Shown here piece by piece: positions 59,055 through 64,000 of a stretch of 64,000 nucleotides of DNA. Numbering within the stretch: position 1 is the stretch's first letter; each line of letters starts with the position of its first letter. Source of the stretch: Chloracidobacterium sp. (GTDB lineage Bacteria > Acidobacteriota > Blastocatellia > Pyrinomonadales > Pyrinomonadaceae); NCBI GenBank assembly GCA_015075585.1, contig JABTUB010000001.1, positions 1,914,274 to 1,978,273 on the forward strand, read 5' to 3'. Made by a program: the position numbers and the translations under genes. Under the pieces are notes generated by a model. It had not been told where the DNA came from. It searched no databases and saw nothing but the letters and a program-made list of their open reading frames with translations.

Positions 59055-59861
59055 TTACTTGATCTCAAAAGTCAGCGTCGTCCATTTTGATTCGTAATTT
59101 AGTTTCGGGTCGTCGATTTTGACCATGTTGATAAACTTCACGAACCATTTACCGGATCCGTCAAGCTTCAACTTTACGAAGCCGTTCGCGTCGCTTCTTA
59201 GTTCGGGCGCGGCCTTTACTTTGCCGCTTTCCTCGCGTCCGGCGAGCACGATTTGATTCGCAAGCGGTTTACCGTCTTTTAGACATAGGATATCGATCGT
59301 GTCGCCCTTTTTAAGCTTGTAAGGATTCTGCTGTGGAACTAGTTCGACCGGGTAGCCAAGGACGGTTTTGTAATCGTCCGAATGCTTGTTGCCTACCTGC
59401 ATAATCGCTTTAACATGTTTTGCGTAACGTTCTACTGCATCCTTTTCGAGTTCGCCGGTCTTGCGGCGTTCTTCAAGCGTATCCGGCAGGCCGTCTTCGC
59501 GGAGATACTCGTTAAAATCTGCTGCTTTTAGAGCGATCTCTCGCGGTTTGGTCGACAGTCCGACGACGTAGGTTCCAGCCGCACCGGTTGTCAGATTTAG
59601 AAATGCAGTCGTTTCGTCCTTGGTGAGATCAGCCTCCACTGGATGTATGCGATTCCCACCCGAAACGACGCTCACATCATTTAGCCGGGCAAAGCTAACC
59701 GCTCCTTCGCTCGCCAAAAACGTTCCGTTCATTACCTTCACGGTAAATTTCGAGTTAGCCTTCAGAAAATAGCTATCCGTCTTAAGAAACAGATCGTGCG
59801 CGAAAATGGACGCAACGAGCGACAGCGATAACATAATTGTAAAAATTGTTTGTTTCTTCAT
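59055..59861 (-). CDS. DUF4198-like periplasmic metal-binding protein, paralog B
   Basis: The signal peptide ends in ...SIFA|HDLFLK (His at mature position 1). Central transthyretin-like block GDTIDILCLKDGKPLANQIV. GAGGAG RBS before the ATG at 59861. Confidence 0.75.
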   Translation of the reverse strand: MKKQTIFTIMLSLSLVASIFAHDLFLKTDSYFLKANSKFTVKVMNGTFLASEGAVSFARLNDVSVVSGGNRIHPVEADLTKDETTAFLNLTTGAAGTYVVGLSTKPREIALKAADFNEYLREDGLPDTLEERRKTGELEKDAVERYAKHVKAIMQVGNKHSDDYKTVLGYPVELVPQQNPYKLKKGDTIDILCLKDGKPLANQIVLAGREESGKVKAAPELRSDANGFVKLKLDGSGKWFVKFINMVKIDDPKLNYESKWTTLTFEIK

Positions 59862-59874
59862 TTCGATCTCCTCG

Positions 59875-60684
59875 TTACTTGATTTCAAATGTCAGCGTCG
59901 CCCATTTTGATTCGTAATTCAGTTTTGGGTCGTCGATCTTTACCATATTGATAAATTTGGCGTACCATTTGCCGGCGCCGGTCAGTTTGATCCCGAGCAG
60001 GCCGTCCTTGTCGGTGCGGGAGCTTGTTTCGCCGAGCATTTTGCCCGCGGCCTCGTAGCCGGTCGTTACTATCTGGCCCACAAGGGGCTTCCCATCCTTG
60101 AGACAGAGGATGTCAAGCGTGGCTCCCTTTTTTAGTTTGTAGGGGTTTTGCTGAGGGATCATCTCCACGGCGTATCCAAGGTTGGTTTTGTAGCTGTCTG
60201 TCGGTTTATTGCCCGCCTGAAAGATCGTTTTGACATATTTCGAATAACGGTAACGGGCGTCTTTGTCGAGTTCGCCGTCGCGCTTTCGGTTTTCCAGAAT
60301 ATCAGGGATGCCTTCGGCGGGCAGGTACTCATTGAATTCCTTTGCCGCGAGTGCGTTCTCGCGCCACGAGGTGGAAAGGCCGACGACGTGGGTTCCGGCC
60401 TCGGTCGGCGTAACATTGAGAAATGCGGTGGTTTCATTTTTTGTAAAATTCGCCTCGGCAGGATTCGAACGCGTGCCCGAAGGCGAAACAACGCTCACAT
60501 CCGTCAAACGCGCGAACGCCACCGCTCCCTCGCTTTCCTGAAACGTGCCGTTCATCACGCTGATAGAGATCTTCTCGTTGACCTTTACAAAAAAGCTCGC
60601 TGGCTTTAAGAAAAGGTCGTGTGCAAAGACCGACAGGGTCGTCAAAACCACCATCATTGCGAAAAAAATGATCTTTGTTTTCAT
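59875..60684 (-). CDS. DUF4198-like periplasmic metal-binding protein, paralog A
   Basis: ...SVFA|HDLFLK and GATLDILCLKDGKPLVGQIV. By eye about 60% identical to paralog B, with near-identical C-termini. GGAGGA RBS. Confidence 0.75.
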   Translation of the reverse strand: MKTKIIFFAMMVVLTTLSVFAHDLFLKPASFFVKVNEKISISVMNGTFQESEGAVAFARLTDVSVVSPSGTRSNPAEANFTKNETTAFLNVTPTEAGTHVVGLSTSWRENALAAKEFNEYLPAEGIPDILENRKRDGELDKDARYRYSKYVKTIFQAGNKPTDSYKTNLGYAVEMIPQQNPYKLKKGATLDILCLKDGKPLVGQIVTTGYEAAGKMLGETSSRTDKDGLLGIKLTGAGKWYAKFINMVKIDDPKLNYESKWATLTFEIK

Positions 60685-60697
60685 ATGTCCTCCAGTT

Positions 60698-61354
60698 TTA
60701 TCTTAGGCATTTGTGCAATCTTATGGTTCCGAACACGCTATTGAAATGAACCGTTTCCTCGACGAATGTAAACCCGGCATCCGTTATCAGTTTGGGCAAT
60801 AAGCCATTGAAATTATCTGCAGTCGTTTCAAAACCGTCCAGAAATTGAATCAGATATGACGCCCCGCGCATTAAACGACTCGTGGGCAGCCCCCAATCTG
60901 CGACATGAAACTCGCCATCGGGCTTAAGAACGCGGTTTACTTCGCGCAGCGTTTCCGACTTGCTTTCCCGAGATAGGTGATGAAAAAAAAGGCTGGAAAC
61001 AATCCGGTCGAAGGATTCGTCTTCGTAAGGCAGATCAAACGACATTCCCTCGTCGAAGGTAATGTCAACGCCGGCCTTGTGTGCCTTCTTTTTTGCTATC
61101 TGTAAGATCTTCGCGTCACCGTCAATCCCGACAATCACAGCGTTCGGCTGCTTCTGTTTCAACAAAATAGATAGCGTCGCTGTGCCACAGCCTAAATCCA
61201 GAGTGCGATGACCATCGGCGATCCCGGCTTGATCAACTAACGCATTCTTGAAAGCGCCTTCGCGAGTCGTCAGAGCAACTACCGGATCATATAGGCCCGT
61301 TAGCCAATCGTAGCTCAAAGCCGGTATGTACTTTTCGTTGTTCATTTCTCTCAC
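60698..61354 (-). CDS. Class I SAM-dependent methyltransferase (UbiE/Methyltransf_11-like)
   Basis: SAM motif [13 protein letters not shown] and motif post-I GIDGD. The GTG at 61354 overlaps the ATPase stop; an alternative ATG lies at 61345. Confidence 0.8.
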   Translation of the reverse strand: MREMNNEKYIPALSYDWLTGLYDPVVALTTREGAFKNALVDQAGIADGHRTLDLGCGTATLSILLKQKQPNAVIVGIDGDAKILQIAKKKAHKAGVDITFDEGMSFDLPYEDESFDRIVSSLFFHHLSRESKSETLREVNRVLKPDGEFHVADWGLPTSRLMRGASYLIQFLDGFETTADNFNGLLPKLITDAGFTFVEETVHFNSVFGTIRLHKCLR

Positions 61355-63888
61355 AATTTCAAATTTCTTAACCGCAGTGCATTGACGATTACCGAAACAG
61401 AACTAAAAGTCATTGCTGCACTCGCGATCATCGGACTTAGTAACAAGCCGAAAACGGGATATAGAACTCCCGCAGCGATTGGGACGCCGACGAGATTGTA
61501 GATGAACGCGAAGAACAAGTTTTGACGTATATTTTTCATCGTCGCTTCGCTCAGCTTTTTCGCCCGTAAAATACCGCGCAGATCGCCTTTCAAAAGCGTT
61601 ATATCAGCGGATTCCATTGCTACGTCGGTTCCGGTGCCCATTGCGATGCCGACTTGGGCTTGAGCAAGCGCCGGAGCATCGTTTACGCCGTCGCCGGCCA
61701 TTGCGACGATCTTGCCGCTCGCCTGTAGCTCTTTGATCTTTTCCGCCTTTTGTTCGGGCAAAACGTCGGCGAAAACCTTGTCGATGCCGAGCTTTTTGGC
61801 TACTGCGTCGGCCGTAATTGCATTATCGCCCGTCATCATGACGACTTCGATATTTTGTCTATGCAGTTCGTCGATTGCTTCTTTCGCAGACTCTTTGATC
61901 GTGTCCGCGACGCCGACCAGTCCGGCGGGTTTCCCGTCAACGGCTACGAACATTACTGTTTGCCCTTCGGCTCGAAGCTCATCGGCTTTTCCATCCGCCG
62001 GGAAATCAATATTGTTGTCCGTCATCAGCTTCGCATTGCCCAGTAACACTTTTTGCCCGTCGATCGATCCCGTGATTCCTTTACCAGTGATGGATTCAAA
62101 ATCGTCCACCTTTGCCAATTCGATATTTTTCTCTTCGGCGCCTTTTATGATCGCTTCCGCAAGCGGATGCTCGCTCGATCTTTCCAGACTGGCAGCGAGC
62201 CGCAATAGTTCGTTTTCCGTAATTCGTAATCCGTAATTCGTAATTGTGCTTTGCAAACGCGGCTTGCCCTCGGTCAAAGTGCCTGTCTTATCAACAACTA
62301 TTGAATTCACCTTTTCCAGAATCTCCAATGCCTCGGCTTTCTTAACCAATACGCCGTGCCGCGCTCCGTGTCCCGTGCCGACCATGATCGACATCGGCGT
62401 CGCCAGGCCCAAAGCACACGGGCAGGCAATGATCAGAACCGAAACCGCCGCGACCATCGCGTAGGCGAAACTGCCGAAGATCATCCAGACGGCGAACGCG
62501 ACAATCGAAACGACGATAACTGCGGGAACAAAATAAGCTGATACTACATCTACCAATCGTTGGATAGGAGCTCGGGAGCGCTGGGCCTCGCCGACCATCC
62601 GAACGATTTGCGCGAGCAGCGTGTCGCTGCCGACCTTTTCCGCTTTCATCACAAAGCCGCGTCTGCCATTGATCGTTCCGCCGATGACCGTGTCGCCGAC
62701 CGTCTTTTCGACCGGGATCGATTCGCCCGTCACCATCGACTCATCGACCGAAGTATCGCCTTCCAGGATCGCTCCATCGGTCGGGATTTTTTCGTTCGCC
62801 TTAACTCTCAATCTCGCACCCATCTGTACATCCTTGAGTGCAATCTCAGCCTCGGTGCCGTCGTCGAAAACAACGATCGCGGTTTCAGGTGCAAGTCCGA
62901 GAAGGGCCTTGATCGCGCTTGAGGTTTGGCTTCTGGCTCGAAGCTCAAGAACTTGTCCGAGAAGAACGAGCGTCGTGATCACTGCCGCCGCTTCGAAATA
63001 TGCGGCGATCAGGCCCGTATGCACATTACGCATCGACGCAGGGAACAGATCAGGCAGGAACAGTGCGAAGAGGCTAAAGAGATAAGCCGCTCCTGTTCCT
63101 ATCGCGATCAGCGTGAACATATTCGGGCTCACATTCTTGACCGAAGCCCATCCACGCTGGAAGAAAGGAAAACCGCCCCAGAGCACGACCGGCGTCGCAA
63201 GAGCGAACTGTATCCAAATAGAAAGGTTCGGCGAGATTATCTCGTGAAAGTTCGGCAGCATTTCCGCCATCGCCAGAGCGAAAACCGGAAGAGTTAAGAC
63301 GGCGGAAATCCAAAAACGCCGCTTCATATCGATATACTCCGGGTCAGGAGCGTCGTCGAGCGTCATCACCTTGGGCTCAAGCGCCATTCCGCATTTTGGA
63401 CAGCTTCCCGGACCGATCTGCACAACTTCCGGATGCATCGGGCAGGTGTACTCGACACCCTTGCTTTCCGCGTCTAATACTTCCTCTTTTTTCTCCTTGA
63501 GAAAGCTCGTCGGATTTTGTTTGAACTTATTCAAGCAGCCGGTCGAGCAGAAGTAATAAGTCTGGCCCTCAAAATCATACTCTCCCGCCGAAGTCTCGGG
63601 CTCGACCGTCATTCCACACACCGGATCGACAAACTCTCCTTCGGGAGTAGCGTTCATCTCTCCATGCGTAACGGTTTCTTTTTGTTCCCGTCCGATCCCG
63701 ACAAAACCACTCCCGGGGACGGCCTGCGTTTGCGCGATAAATTTCTGCAAACAGCCTTTCGAGCAAAAATAATAGGTCGTTCCCTCATGCTTAAAACTTC
63801 CAGCCGCTGTCGCCGGATCAACAGTCATACCGCATATCGGGTCGATAAACTCGCCCTCTGCTGCGTTCTTTTTTACAATTCCTGTCAT
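61351..63888 (-). CDS. copA: Heavy-metal (Cu+/Ag+-type) translocating P1B-type ATPase with two YHS/TRASH modules and one YTCPMHPE module at the N-terminus
   Basis: CPC motif ([11 protein letters not shown]), DKTGTLT, SEHPLA and GDGVNDAP. The N-terminus carries DPICGMTV...[20 protein letters not shown]...[12 protein letters not shown] and [36 protein letters not shown]. Confidence 0.93.
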   Translation of the reverse strand: MTGIVKKNAAEGEFIDPICGMTVDPATAAGSFKHEGTTYYFCSKGCLQKFIAQTQAVPGSGFVGIGREQKETVTHGEMNATPEGEFVDPVCGMTVEPETSAGEYDFEGQTYYFCSTGCLNKFKQNPTSFLKEKKEEVLDAESKGVEYTCPMHPEVVQIGPGSCPKCGMALEPKVMTLDDAPDPEYIDMKRRFWISAVLTLPVFALAMAEMLPNFHEIISPNLSIWIQFALATPVVLWGGFPFFQRGWASVKNVSPNMFTLIAIGTGAAYLFSLFALFLPDLFPASMRNVHTGLIAAYFEAAAVITTLVLLGQVLELRARSQTSSAIKALLGLAPETAIVVFDDGTEAEIALKDVQMGARLRVKANEKIPTDGAILEGDTSVDESMVTGESIPVEKTVGDTVIGGTINGRRGFVMKAEKVGSDTLLAQIVRMVGEAQRSRAPIQRLVDVVSAYFVPAVIVVSIVAFAVWMIFGSFAYAMVAAVSVLIIACPCALGLATPMSIMVGTGHGARHGVLVKKAEALEILEKVNSIVVDKTGTLTEGKPRLQSTITNYGLRITENELLRLAASLERSSEHPLAEAIIKGAEEKNIELAKVDDFESITGKGITGSIDGQKVLLGNAKLMTDNNIDFPADGKADELRAEGQTVMFVAVDGKPAGLVGVADTIKESAKEAIDELHRQNIEVVMMTGDNAITADAVAKKLGIDKVFADVLPEQKAEKIKELQASGKIVAMAGDGVNDAPALAQAQVGIAMGTGTDVAMESADITLLKGDLRGILRAKKLSEATMKNIRQNLFFAFIYNLVGVPIAAGVLYPVFGLLLSPMIASAAMTFSSVSVIVNALRLRNLKL

Positions 63889-63916
63889 GAACCCTCCCTG
63901 CGGTTTTCAAACTTCC

Positions 63917-64000
63917 CTAGTTGCCGCAACAGCTCGCCTGGCTACCGTCGTTCGGAGCCATGAATTTCTGCAGACACGCTGTCGAGCAGAAATAATAAGT
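63917..64000 (-). CDS. YHS/TRASH-domain protein, C-terminal 27 aa only (truncated by the window edge)
   Basis: My own translation of the minus strand is ...TYYFCSTACLQKFMAPNDGSQASCCGN*. It has the same YYFCSxxCLxKF signature as the ATPase N-terminal modules. Confidence 0.6.
   Translation of the reverse strand, partial: TYYFCSTACLQKFMAPNDGSQASCCGN

Larger units (their letters stand above)
53637..64000. mobile_element. Putative tRNA-Pro-integrated genomic island (metal homeostasis cargo), left end only; continues beyond the window
   Basis: Bounded on the left by the tRNA 3' fragment and by the native terminator. More AT-rich by eye than the flanking chromosome. Cargo is exclusively metal-related genes. 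No integrase is seen within the window. Confidence 0.45.

Overview
This 64-kb window is mostly a housekeeping bacterial chromosome. By eye it is about 55-58% GC with high coding density. Several families typical of Acidobacteria are present: a VWFA-related acidobacterial-type protein, a ~1000-aa CarboxypepD_reg/TonB-dependent-like outer-membrane protein, and DUF5666-like repeat proteins. The taxonomic call is inference only. Recognisable core genes are uvrB, purC, groES-groEL (with a CIRCE-like operator), a NatAB-like ABC pair, corA, pgpA, the rimP-nusA-infB-rbfA-nrnA-cobO string, a ROK kinase with a XylF-like binding protein, ugd plus an SDR epimerase, priA, lpxD, msrB and mutS2. Accessory content falls in three places. 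(1) A roughly 12-kb co-directional minus-strand array (40350 down to 28570) encodes a TPR-secretin with a cohesin-like C-terminal domain, two GspG-like pseudopilins, a PilM/GspL-like protein, an ECF sigma/anti-sigma/bactofilin-like membrane trio, a DUF5666-like protein, a giant outer-membrane barrel and a LolA-like protein. (2) A tandem pair of FecR-like secreted proteins shares a conserved tail after the C-terminal TM helix. (3) The most interesting part lies right of 53.6 kb. A 49-nt 3' fragment of tRNA-Pro(GGG) with its own terminator marks a probable integration junction. To its right, running off the window edge, is a visibly more AT-rich metal-handling island. It carries a short CDF transporter, a secreted 16-Cys protein with three (D/A)SCPMK repeats (DSCPMK twice, ASCPMK once), a membrane-anchored neighbour with a DSCPL variant of that motif, and two SAM methyltransferases. 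It also carries a membrane-embedded histidine kinase, a sigma54-dependent response regulator, a 45-aa FeoB-associated-like Cys-rich ORF absent from the ORF track, and two tandem DUF4198 paralogs. A P1B-ATPase with two YHS/TRASH modules plus a YTCPMHPE module, and a further YHS protein at the edge, complete it. No CRISPR array, rRNA, intact tRNA, transposase or integrase is visible in the window.
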